From a bacterium (GTDB lineage Bacteria; Patescibacteriota; Patescibacteriia; JAACEG01; JAGUWE01): a stretch of 55,103 nt of DNA. Under the pieces are notes generated by a model. It did no database searches and was not told the origin of the DNA. It saw only the letters and a list, made by a program, of their open reading frames with translations. This document shows, piece by piece, positions 44,101-51,161 of this stretch. Location of the stretch: the NCBI GenBank assembly GCA_043798995.1, contig JAZDOD010000009.1, forward strand, positions 80,015 to 135,117, in the 5' to 3' direction. Numbering within the stretch: position 1 is the first letter of the stretch; every line of letters starts with the position of its first letter. Position numbers and translations under genes: made by a program.

Positions 44101-44210
44101 GTCATTCTGAACGAAGTGAAGAATCTCGCGGGAGTGTTAGCGACCCGCGAACACGGGTCAGCCTACGGCTTCCCGTGAGATTGCTTCGTCGCTTTACTCC
44201 TCGCAATGAC
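44101..44210. repeat. Family A-related composite repeat, copy 4 (GTCATTCTGAACGAAGTGAAGAATCTC ... CTCGCAATGAC)
   Basis: Four stacked hairpins between the two ComEC-derived ORFs; outer termini GTCATT/AATGAC. Confidence 0.75.
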
Positions 44211-44227
44211 ATTTATATATATCTTTT

Positions 44228-45103
44228 ATGAGAAATTATAAAAAAATCATTCAGCTGGTTAGCTTGCTGGCAGTAGTATCTGCGATTTTGATTATTGTCG
44301 CGGCTTGGCAGGCCCGGGCTCAGGAGAGTTTAGAGATAAATTTTTTTAATGTCGGTCATGGAGACGCAATTTTTATTAGAACGCCGAATGACCAGAGAAT
44401 TTTAATTGATGGCGGCCTGGGCAATCAAGTTATCCAGAAACTGGGCCAGCGTCTGCCTTTTTTTGATAGAAGAATTGACGTGGTGATTTTGACTCATCCC
44501 CACCCGGATCATATTACCGGTTTAATCAGCGTGATTAAGCGTTACCAGATAGGCAAAATTTTTTATACCAATGTCAAAACCCAGGAAGAATTATTTACGA
44601 TTTTTAAAAATGAATCTTTGGCTAAGAATATTCCTTTAATAAAGGTTGATAAAATTACAAGCCAAGATTTAGTTGGCGAGGTTGTTTTAAATTTTCTATA
44701 TCCGGATCATGATTTGAATCAGGAAATAATTGAAGAAAAAGACATTAATAATACTTCAATTGTGTTTAAATTGATTTATAAAAAAAGTTCATTTTTGTTC
44801 GTCGGTGACGCCGGCGAAGAGGAAGAAAAGGGGTTAATTGCCTCGGGTCAAAACCTAAAAGCAGATGTTTTAAAAATCGGTCATCACGGCTCAAATACTT
44901 CGTCAAGCCAAGAATTTACCCAAGCCGTTTCGCCGCAGTTTGCCGTAATTACTTGCGGTGAAAATTATAATTTGAGCCATCCCAGCTTAAGAGTTATTCG
45001 CCGCCTGGAAAGAGTTGGGGCTAAAATTTATCGTACTGACCAAGCCGGTGATATTAAAATTTCTACTTCCGGGAACGGTCAATACCGAATTAAAACTGAC
45101 TAA
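44228..45103 (+). CDS. Stand-alone ComEC-type metallo-beta-lactamase domain protein with its own signal/anchor
   Basis: N-terminal anchor IIQLVSLLAVVSAILIIVAAWQARA; VVILTHPHPDHITGL; VLKIGHHGS. Confidence 0.8.
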   Translation: MRNYKKIIQLVSLLAVVSAILIIVAAWQARAQESLEINFFNVGHGDAIFIRTPNDQRILIDGGLGNQVIQKLGQRLPFFDRRIDVVILTHPHPDHITGLISVIKRYQIGKIFYTNVKTQEELFTIFKNESLAKNIPLIKVDKITSQDLVGEVVLNFLYPDHDLNQEIIEEKDINNTSIVFKLIYKKSSFLFVGDAGEEEEKGLIASGQNLKADVLKIGHHGSNTSSSQEFTQAVSPQFAVITCGENYNLSHPSLRVIRRLERVGAKIYRTDQAGDIKISTSGNGQYRIKTD

Positions 45104-45170
45104 TTCTTGCCCTTTTTTTATTTTTGTTGTATTCTAATAAAAGAGATTTCCTTTTTATTAATTAAATTTT

Positions 45171-45560
45171 ATGCCTGAGGTCAAAGCAAAAATTTTAATC
45201 ATTGAGGATGATAAGATGCTTTCGGATATGTATAGCTTAAAGTTTAATGAGGAAGGCTACCAAGCTATTCAGGCCTTTACCGGTTCGGAAGGAGTTGAAA
45301 AAACCAAAAGCGAGAAGCCGGACATTATTTTATTGGATATAATTTTGCCGCAAATGGACGGTTTTCAAGTGATGGAAGAAATTAAAAAAGATAAAAATTT
45401 AGTCAATATCCCGATTCTTTTTTTGACTAATCTAAGACAGGAAGAAGATGTGAAAAAGGGCACGGCCTTAGGCGCGGTTGGCTATTTGGTTAAAGCCAGC
45501 TATACCCCGGCCCAGGTTTTAGATAAAGTTAAAGAAATTTTAAAACAGTATAAAAAATAG
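45171..45560 (+). CDS. Single-domain response regulator (receiver only)
   Basis: ILIIEDD, the phospho-acceptor context IILLDIILPQMDG, and a conserved K (YLVKA). Confidence 0.8.
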   Translation: MPEVKAKILIIEDDKMLSDMYSLKFNEEGYQAIQAFTGSEGVEKTKSEKPDIILLDIILPQMDGFQVMEEIKKDKNLVNIPILFLTNLRQEEDVKKGTALGAVGYLVKASYTPAQVLDKVKEILKQYKK

Positions 45561-45596
45561 AATTAAAAATTTAGAATTAAGAATCAAGAATTTATG

Positions 45597-45694
45597 CCCC
45601 GTAGGAAATCAAAATTACAAATCATTTCTACGAGGCGTATTTAAATAAAAACATTCTAAAAAATAAAGTATTTAATTATTAATTTCCTACGGGG
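45597..45694. repeat. Family D long-range inverted repeat (CCCCGTAGGAAAT ... ATTTCCTACGGGG) ending 1 nt before the ndk ATG
   Basis: 13-bp perfect arms at 45597-609 and 45682-694. A competing partial partner ATTTCTACGAGG lies at 45624-635. Confidence 0.8.
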
Positions 45695-45695
45695 T

Positions 45696-46286
45696 ATGAA
45701 TCATCCCAAAGAAGAAAAGACATTGCTTATCATTAAACCAGATGGCGTTAAGAGGGGACTGGTCGGTGAAATTTTAAAACGAATTGAGGATCGTGGTTTG
45801 AAAATCATTGCTCTTTCCATGATTTGGGCTACACCTTCGCAGATGGACAATCATTATCCTAAGGATGAGGTTTGGATCAAGCGAGTCGGTGAAAAAACTT
45901 TAAGCACTTACAATAAATACGGTTTAGATGCAATCAAAGAATTAGGCACCGACGATCCGTTGAAAATTGGCAAAATGGTAAGGCACTGGCTCATTGATTT
46001 TATGACTTCCGGACCTTTGGTCAAGGCCATCGTCCAAGGCATTCATGCCATTGATATGGTACGGAAAATTGCCGGCAATACCATGCCTGCGCTTTCGGAA
46101 ATGGGCACTATCCGCGGTGATTACTCGGTTGATTCAGCTGCGGCGGCTAATCGCGACAAACGCGCAGTCCATAATTTAGTTCACGCTTCAGAAACTCAAG
46201 CCGAGGCTGATAATGAAATCAATCTTTGGTTTAGCAAAAAAGACCTCCATAATTATAAAAGAGGAGATGAAGATATAATGTTTTAG
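45696..46286 (+). CDS. ndk: Nucleoside diphosphate kinase (long form)
   Basis: KTLLIIKPDGVKRGLVGEIL, with the catalytic His in NLVHASE. Confidence 0.8.
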   Translation: MNHPKEEKTLLIIKPDGVKRGLVGEILKRIEDRGLKIIALSMIWATPSQMDNHYPKDEVWIKRVGEKTLSTYNKYGLDAIKELGTDDPLKIGKMVRHWLIDFMTSGPLVKAIVQGIHAIDMVRKIAGNTMPALSEMGTIRGDYSVDSAAAANRDKRAVHNLVHASETQAEADNEINLWFSKKDLHNYKRGDEDIMF

Positions 46287-46304
46287 GTTGTGGAAAACTA
46301 AAAA

Positions 46305-46332
46305 TTGACAAAAAATATAATTTTGTTAATAT
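46305..46332 (+). promoter_or_regulatory. Sigma70-type promoter for the 35-aa peptide gene
   Basis: TTGACA - 16 nt - TAATAT. Confidence 0.5.
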
Positions 46333-46344
46333 AAAGTAAATCTT

Positions 46345-46452
46345 ATGAGACAAGCCGTTTTAGAAAAGTTAGTTTTAGTATCTCTTATGCCAGTTATTAT
46401 TTTGGTAATTTTGGTTATTGTTTGTTTTTCGGCGGCTTGGAAATTAGGGTAA
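46345..46452 (+). CDS. 35-aa hydrophobic peptide
   Basis: MRQAVLEKLVLVSLMPVIILVILVIVCFSAAWKLG. It has its own promoter and terminator and is below the ORF-track cutoff. Confidence 0.4.
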   Translation: MRQAVLEKLVLVSLMPVIILVILVIVCFSAAWKLG

Positions 46453-46477
46453 ATTGAACTTAAACAAAGTTTTAAAA

Positions 46478-46503
46478 AGCCGCCTGAAAAACAGGCGGCT
46501 TTA
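46478..46503. terminator. Strong intrinsic terminator
   Basis: AGCCGCCTG-AAAAA-CAGGCGGCT (9-bp perfect stem) flanked by an A-run and TTTAAAA. Confidence 0.75.
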
Positions 46504-46516
46504 AAAATGTATGTCT

Positions 46517-46612
46517 GTCATTCCTGCCCCGCATCTAGTGCGGGATAAACTCCAGTAGGAATCCAACATGCCAAATAGAATAACTCTGGATTCCCACTTT
46601 CGTGGGAATGAC
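46517..46612. repeat. Family A composite hairpin repeat, copy 3
   Basis: GTCATTCCTG...CAGTAGGAATCC, then a spacer, then GGATTCCCAC-TTTC-GTGGGAATGAC. Confidence 0.8.
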
Positions 46613-46619
46613 ATTCAAG

Positions 46620-47053
46620 AAGAACTGTCTTACCGGGCTCTTCTCTTTAGCGCTTTCTTGCTCTTTATTTATTTTACCATTTGCTCCAGAGAAGCTTTTC
46701 TTAAGAGAAAGGGGTGAGTGGAAACTCGCCAAGCCCGACCAAATTTCGTTCTTTAAATTAAATTTTCGCCTGAAGGGGTGTCGTTGTTAGATTAAGCTAA
46801 AAGGGTTGCGGAACAAAAACCGCGATTACCTCCGATTAAGACCGGCACCGGTCTTAATTAACCTTAATCTTATATGACTTACGGGGGATACAATCCCGTA
46901 ACCAAGGCTAGGCAACCATAAGTCCTAAAGCCTTGCCCCTTCTTCCCCTTTTTCTTAAAAACAACAAATCTAGATAATTAATATAAGCACTGTTGCGGTG
47001 CTTGAATTTCCGTCGCTCTCCCATTACGAAAATAAATTTTCGTATGGGCTCGC
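46620..47053 (-). ncRNA. Unassigned, highly structured ORF-poor region; candidate large ncRNA (strand from promoter prediction only)
   Basis: At least six perfect 7-13-bp hairpins, for example TTAAGACCGG-CA-CCGGTCTTAA (46834-59), TTACGGG/CCCGTAA (46879-901), CAAGGCT/AGCCTTG (46904-936) and CCCATTACGAAAA/TTTTCGTATGGG (47020-48). The closing pair is GAAGGGGT/GCCCCTTC. Confidence 0.3.
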
Positions 47054-47058
47054 TAGGA

Positions 47059-47087
47059 AATATAAAAAATTATGCGTCTTTGGACAA
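47059..47087 (-). promoter_or_regulatory. Sigma70-type promoter reading leftward into the structured region
   Basis: The - strand reads TTGTCC - 17 nt - TATATT. It lies inside the 5' end of the 26-codon + strand ORF. Confidence 0.4.
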
Positions 47088-47152
47088 AACAAATCATTAT
47101 TGGTATCATCGCGATTATTATTAGTCGGTTTTGTTTTTGCTTTCGAAGATGA
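47072..47152 (+). CDS. 26-aa hydrophobic peptide with cationic C-terminus (type I toxin-like)
   Basis: MRLWTKQIIIGIIAIIISRFCFCFRR. The SD is weak and the ORF is below the ORF-track cutoff. Confidence 0.25.
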   Translation: MRLWTKQIIIGIIAIIISRFCFCFRR

Positions 47153-47245
47153 TTAATTTAAAAAAGATTAAACAAATTAAAATAAATAAAAGGATATCTT
47201 TGAAAGAAGACGGCCTTTGGTTTATAGCAAAAAAGGAGGGGAAAA

Positions 47246-47428
47246 ATGAAGAAAAACGCAGAGGTTATATTAGGAAAAGTTGAGGAAGAATGTGGTAACT
47301 GCCATACGAAATTAACCGAGGAAAACAGAGGCAAAGAAATTGTTAATTATTGTCAAGATTGCGAAGATTTAATTAAACGTGATTTTTTTAAGAAAGAGGA
47401 AAAACCTCCGCCAAACCCCAAGAGCTGA
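47246..47428 (+). CDS. Small zinc-ribbon protein (CxxC...CxxC)
   Basis: Strong SD AAAGGAGGGG 5 nt upstream of the ATG; CGNC...CQDC. Confidence 0.6.
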   Translation: MKKNAEVILGKVEEECGNCHTKLTEENRGKEIVNYCQDCEDLIKRDFFKKEEKPPPNPKS

Positions 47429-47448
47429 CTTAAATCAGCTCTCTTTTT
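47421..47448. terminator. Bidirectional terminator between convergent genes
   Basis: AGAGCTGA-CTTAAA-TCAGCTCT (8-bp perfect stem) followed by CTTTTT. The stop codon lies in the stem. Confidence 0.7.
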
Positions 47449-48082
47449 AATAAAGTTCATTAAGGGTTTTGATTATCGCAACGGAACTGTTTTTTAAATA
47501 GAATTTGTGTTCTTGTCTTTCTATATAAATAAAATCAATGCCGGAATTTTTAGCAAAAATAGCATCTTCATTGCTATTGCCAATGTAAACCGTTTCTTTA
47601 GCGCTAACAGCTAATTTTTTTAAAGCATAATACATTCCGGAAGGATCGGGTTTAGTTTTTAATTTTTTATGGGCAGTGGTGGCTAAATAAAAATCAACAG
47701 GGGCATTGTTTAATTTTCTAACCTCCATTTTAGAAATCCAAAGAGGTGCGCCAGTAATAATAGAAATTAATTTACCCATTTTATTTAATTGCCAAAAACA
47801 ATCTTCAACGTCATGATAGGCAAAAGTAAATTTACTCCTTCGGCGCGGAGTGTCAATTTGTTTAAAAAGCTGCCAGAAAGTTTTAGGATTTAATTTGAAT
47901 TTTTGGGAAACTGTTTCATCTCGATCAGCCTCAAACCAAAATTCATCCACAGCAGACAGTGAAGATATTGCTCCACCCAATTTTTTTACCACAAACGGCA
48001 CAATCCAATATCGATAGTCAGAAATTGTGTGAACCAAAGTTCCGTCTAAATCAAAAGAGATATGTTTATACTTTCTAAGCAT
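47447..48082 (-). CDS. HAD-superfamily hydrolase
   Basis: Motif I ISFDLDGTLV; motif IV-like GNSNED. Confidence 0.75.
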   Translation of the reverse strand: MLRKYKHISFDLDGTLVHTISDYRYWIVPFVVKKLGGAISSLSAVDEFWFEADRDETVSQKFKLNPKTFWQLFKQIDTPRRRSKFTFAYHDVEDCFWQLNKMGKLISIITGAPLWISKMEVRKLNNAPVDFYLATTAHKKLKTKPDPSGMYYALKKLAVSAKETVYIGNSNEDAIFAKNSGIDFIYIERQEHKFYLKNSSVAIIKTLNELY

Positions 48083-48692
48083 TATTTTTTATTCTTAAAT
48101 GTCTTTTTATCCAATAAATTATACCTAAAACAATAATTGCGCCAATCAAAAAATCGAATTTATGAAAATACTGACTCAAAATTTCCCAGTGCTGGCCTAA
48201 AGAGAATCCTAAATAAGCTAAAAAATAAGACCAGATAAAAGAACCAATAAAACTGGTAATTGCCAGAAGCCAAAGATTAACTTTAGCGATACCAGCCGGC
48301 AGAGAAATATAAGTTCGGACAATTGGCAAAATTCGTCCCAGAAAAAGCGACCAGACGCCATATTTTTTAAAAAATTTTTCAGCTAAATGCAAATCGTGGT
48401 TGGTTATCAAAAAATATTTGCCGTATTTTTCTAAAAAAGGCCGACCGCCGTATAAACCGACATAAAAGAGAGCAACGGCGCCGATGGTTGAGCCAATGGC
48501 TCCGGCTAAAGAAACAAGAAATAAAGTGAAGCGGTTTTGCGAAACTAAAAAACCGGAAAAAGGCATAATGATTTCCGAAGGCAAAGGCACCGCCGCCGAT
48601 TCCAAAGCCATTAGCAAGGCCACACCAGCATACCCCAGGCCAGAAATAGTGTTGATAATAAAAGTTGAAATTATAGCAAGAATAGCTGTCAT
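48075..48692 (-). CDS. DedA/VTT-family membrane protein
   Basis: 205 aa, multi-TM, with PLPSEIIMPFSGFL and GRILPIVRTYISLPAG motifs. Confidence 0.75.
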   Translation of the reverse strand: MTAILAIISTFIINTISGLGYAGVALLMALESAAVPLPSEIIMPFSGFLVSQNRFTLFLVSLAGAIGSTIGAVALFYVGLYGGRPFLEKYGKYFLITNHDLHLAEKFFKKYGVWSLFLGRILPIVRTYISLPAGIAKVNLWLLAITSFIGSFIWSYFLAYLGFSLGQHWEILSQYFHKFDFLIGAIIVLGIIYWIKRHLRIKNNA

Positions 48693-48782
48693 TTTTCAAA
48701 TTTTAAAAAATAAATTTTGGGTTTTAATTCTTGTTCAATTATTTTAAATTGTCCGTAAATCCGATCCTGATAAAGCATGGGA

Positions 48783-49526
48783 TTAAAGCTGAATTTTAGA
48801 AAATAGATAGCCGCCGATTAATAAAAGCAAGCTGGTAATGAAAGTCAAAACACCGATATCAGAAGCTAGCCCAAAATGGGCATTACCGATTAATGTCGCC
48901 CTTAATCCATCAACCCCGTAGGCCAAGGGATTAAGGCGGGTAATAATAACAAGCGCTTCAGGCAATCCTTCTAAGGGGAAAAGCGCGCCGGAAAGGAAAA
49001 AAGTCGGCATAACCAGAAAATTCATTATTAATTGAAAGCCCTGCATATCTTCCAAAATTGAGGCAATGGCAGTTCCCAGCGCGGTGAAAAGAAAAGCAAT
49101 TAAAACCATCACGAGAAATGTCAGCGGCAACATAACGGCACTGGGTCTAAACCCGATAAGAAGCGAAATTAGAAAAACTATCACGCCTTGAAGAACCGCT
49201 ACGGTGGCGCCGCCTAAAGTTCTCCCAATCATAATGTTAAACCGCGATACTGGCGCGACCAAGGTTTCTTTAAGAAAGCCAAACTGACGATCCCAAATTA
49301 TTTCAATGCCGGAAAAAACAGCCGTAAAAAGTATGCTCATTGAGATTATTCCCGGCGCCAGAAATTGAATGTAATTTCCTCCGCCGGCCCGTTGGTAAAT
49401 GGGTCCAAAACCAAAACCTAAAGCCACCAAAAAAAGAAGCGGCTGGCCAATTGAGCCAACGATGCGCGATTTGGAACGGAAATATCTTTTAAGCTGTCTT
49501 AGCCAAAGAATGTAAATAGTATTCAT
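48783..49526 (-). CDS. ABC-2 type transporter permease
   Basis: 247 aa with six TM segments. It lies downstream of an ABC ATPase in the same orientation. Confidence 0.75.
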   Translation of the reverse strand: MNTIYILWLRQLKRYFRSKSRIVGSIGQPLLFLVALGFGFGPIYQRAGGGNYIQFLAPGIISMSILFTAVFSGIEIIWDRQFGFLKETLVAPVSRFNIMIGRTLGGATVAVLQGVIVFLISLLIGFRPSAVMLPLTFLVMVLIAFLFTALGTAIASILEDMQGFQLIMNFLVMPTFFLSGALFPLEGLPEALVIITRLNPLAYGVDGLRATLIGNAHFGLASDIGVLTFITSLLLLIGGYLFSKIQL

Positions 49527-49562
49527 AATTATAAAGATAAATATTTTTTTAATAATTCTTTT

Positions 49563-49603
49563 ATCCCCACACCTTTTAATACCCCACCCAAAAGTGTGGG
49601 GAT
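49563..49603. repeat. Family C-type hairpin (ATCCCCACAC ... GTGTGGGGAT)
   Basis: 10-bp perfect arms with a 21-nt loop, between the ABC ATPase and permease genes. Confidence 0.75.
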
Positions 49604-50396
49604 TTATCTATGCCACATTTTTCTGCGTAGCCGCATTTGATCAATGGGTTTGGCCTCTTCTTCCCTAACAACTTTGCCAGTCAGTGCCAAAAAAGTATCT
49701 TCCAGAGACGCAGAATTGGTTTGCTTTTTCAAATCAAGAGGTGTTCCTTGGGCAATAATTCGGCCGTGGTCAATAATGGCAACTTTGTGCGCGACCCGAT
49801 TCCGCTTCTTCCATGTAATGAGTCGTGAAAAAAACAGCAATACCTTCTTCTTCATTCAATTTTTTAATGTAACTCCAGAGGTAGTTTCTCGTTTGCGGAT
49901 CAAGACCGAGCGTTGGTTCGTCCAAAAAAATTATTTTCGGATGGTGCAGAAAACCGCGGGCTATTTCCAGTCTTCTTTTCATGCCGCCAGAAAAATATTT
50001 AACTAATTGATCTTTTTTATTCCAAAGCTCTACATATTTAAGAAGCTCTTCAATTCTTTGCCGCCGCGTGAGGCGCGGAATTTTATAAAGAACGCCGTGA
50101 AATTCCATATTTTCATAAGCGGTTAGTTCTTCATCCAAGCTCGGATCTTGAAAGACAATCCCAAAGGAACATCTTACGTCGTGAGACTCGGTAACCGGAT
50201 CATAGCCGTTAATTAAAACCTTGCCACCCGTTGGTTTTAAAAGCGTGGTCAATATTTTTATAATAGTGGTTTTACCGGCGCCATTTGGGCCCAAAAAACC
50301 AAATATTTCTCCTTTTTCAACGGCGAAACTGATATCATCAACGGCCGTGAACTTCCCGAATTTTTTGGTTAAATTTTTTACTTCAATAATATTCAT
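49604..50396 (-). pseudogene. ABC transporter ATP-binding protein interrupted by a +1 frameshift near 49799-49802
   Basis: ORF 49770-50396 holds Walker A GPNGAGKTT, the signature SGGMKRR and Walker B IIFLDEPT, and runs to ...HYMEEAE. ORF 49604-49855 continues as RVAHKVAIIDHGRIIAQGTP. Skipping one nucleotide after GAA restores the frame. Confidence 0.75.
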
Positions 50397-50471
50397 TATT
50401 ACATTTTTGCTCTGTGGATAAATTCTAATATAATTTTACAATTTATTATATCTTAGCCAAATTTTAATTAC

Positions 50472-50500
50472 TTGACATAGACCAAATAGTCACCTACAAT
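50472..50500 (+). promoter_or_regulatory. Sigma70-type promoter of lexA; predicts a leaderless or near-leaderless mRNA
   Basis: TTGACA - 17 nt - TACAAT. The -10 box ends 7 nt before the ATG at 50508. Confidence 0.55.
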
Positions 50501-50507
50501 AGAATAT

Positions 50508-51161
50508 ATGGCTAGAAACATCACTAAAAGACAATTCGAGGCACTTAATGTTATTTACCAAAGTATTAAATCGTCCGGTTTTCCGCCATCTATGGCAGAA
50601 ATGCGTAGTAATCTTAGTGTAGCGTCAAATCAATCAATAATCAACCTTTTAAAAGTATTGGAGGAGGAAGGCTGTATTAAAAGAGAAGAAGGTTTAGCGC
50701 GCGGGCTTAAAATTTTGCCTAAAGGTTATAATGCCTTGGGAGTTGATCCTATGGCGCCCGTTGTTGGCGACAGTTCCTGTGGACCGTTCGTTGAGGCCAT
50801 ACAAGAAGTGGGAAAATGGATGAGCTTGCCCGGTACGGTCTGGAAAAATGATGTTTTAGAATCTGAAGAAAAATTTTATGTAATCCGGGTGTATGGCGAC
50901 AGTATGATTAATGCCGGCATTTTTGACGGAGATATGCTTTTGATAAAACAGTCGCGTGAATACAAAAACGGCGATATCGTGGTGGCGCGCGGCGATGATG
51001 GCACTACGGTAAAAAGATTTGTGTCAGAAGACAAAAAAGTTTATTTAAAACCGGAAAATCCGGCCTATAAAAATATTCCTTTTTATGAAGATTTATTCTT
51101 AGACGGAAAAGTCATCGCTAATTTAACTACTTTAAAAAGATTATATGGATCAAAAAATTAA
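50508..51161 (+). CDS. lexA: LexA-type repressor (wHTH + S24 self-cleaving peptidase)
   Basis: ITKRQFEALNVIY...GFPPSMAEM... wHTH; GDSM (Ser) and TVKRF (Lys). The putative cleavage site is SSC-GPF (Cys-Gly). Confidence 0.85.
   Translation: MARNITKRQFEALNVIYQSIKSSGFPPSMAEMRSNLSVASNQSIINLLKVLEEEGCIKREEGLARGLKILPKGYNALGVDPMAPVVGDSSCGPFVEAIQEVGKWMSLPGTVWKNDVLESEEKFYVIRVYGDSMINAGIFDGDMLLIKQSREYKNGDIVVARGDDGTTVKRFVSEDKKVYLKPENPAYKNIPFYEDLFLDGKVIANLTTLKRLYGSKN

Noticed and set aside
46620-47053. RNase P RNA (rnpB) on the - strand. Partial matches appear in the right order: GGAAATTCAAGC versus GAGGAAAGUCC; AAGGGGAAGAAGGGGCAAGG versus AGGGUGAAAGGGUGC; CTGGAGCAAATGG versus CCGGAGCAAGGCC; ACAG...CTTGAAT able to pair with ATTCAAG as P4.
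   Set aside because: The near-invariant CR-I/CR-V nucleotides are not preserved. There is no room for the P5-P10 region between the CR-I-like and next motifs, and no convincing P1/P2 closure. Even very AT-rich genomes keep these motifs. A cmsearch with RF00010 would settle it.
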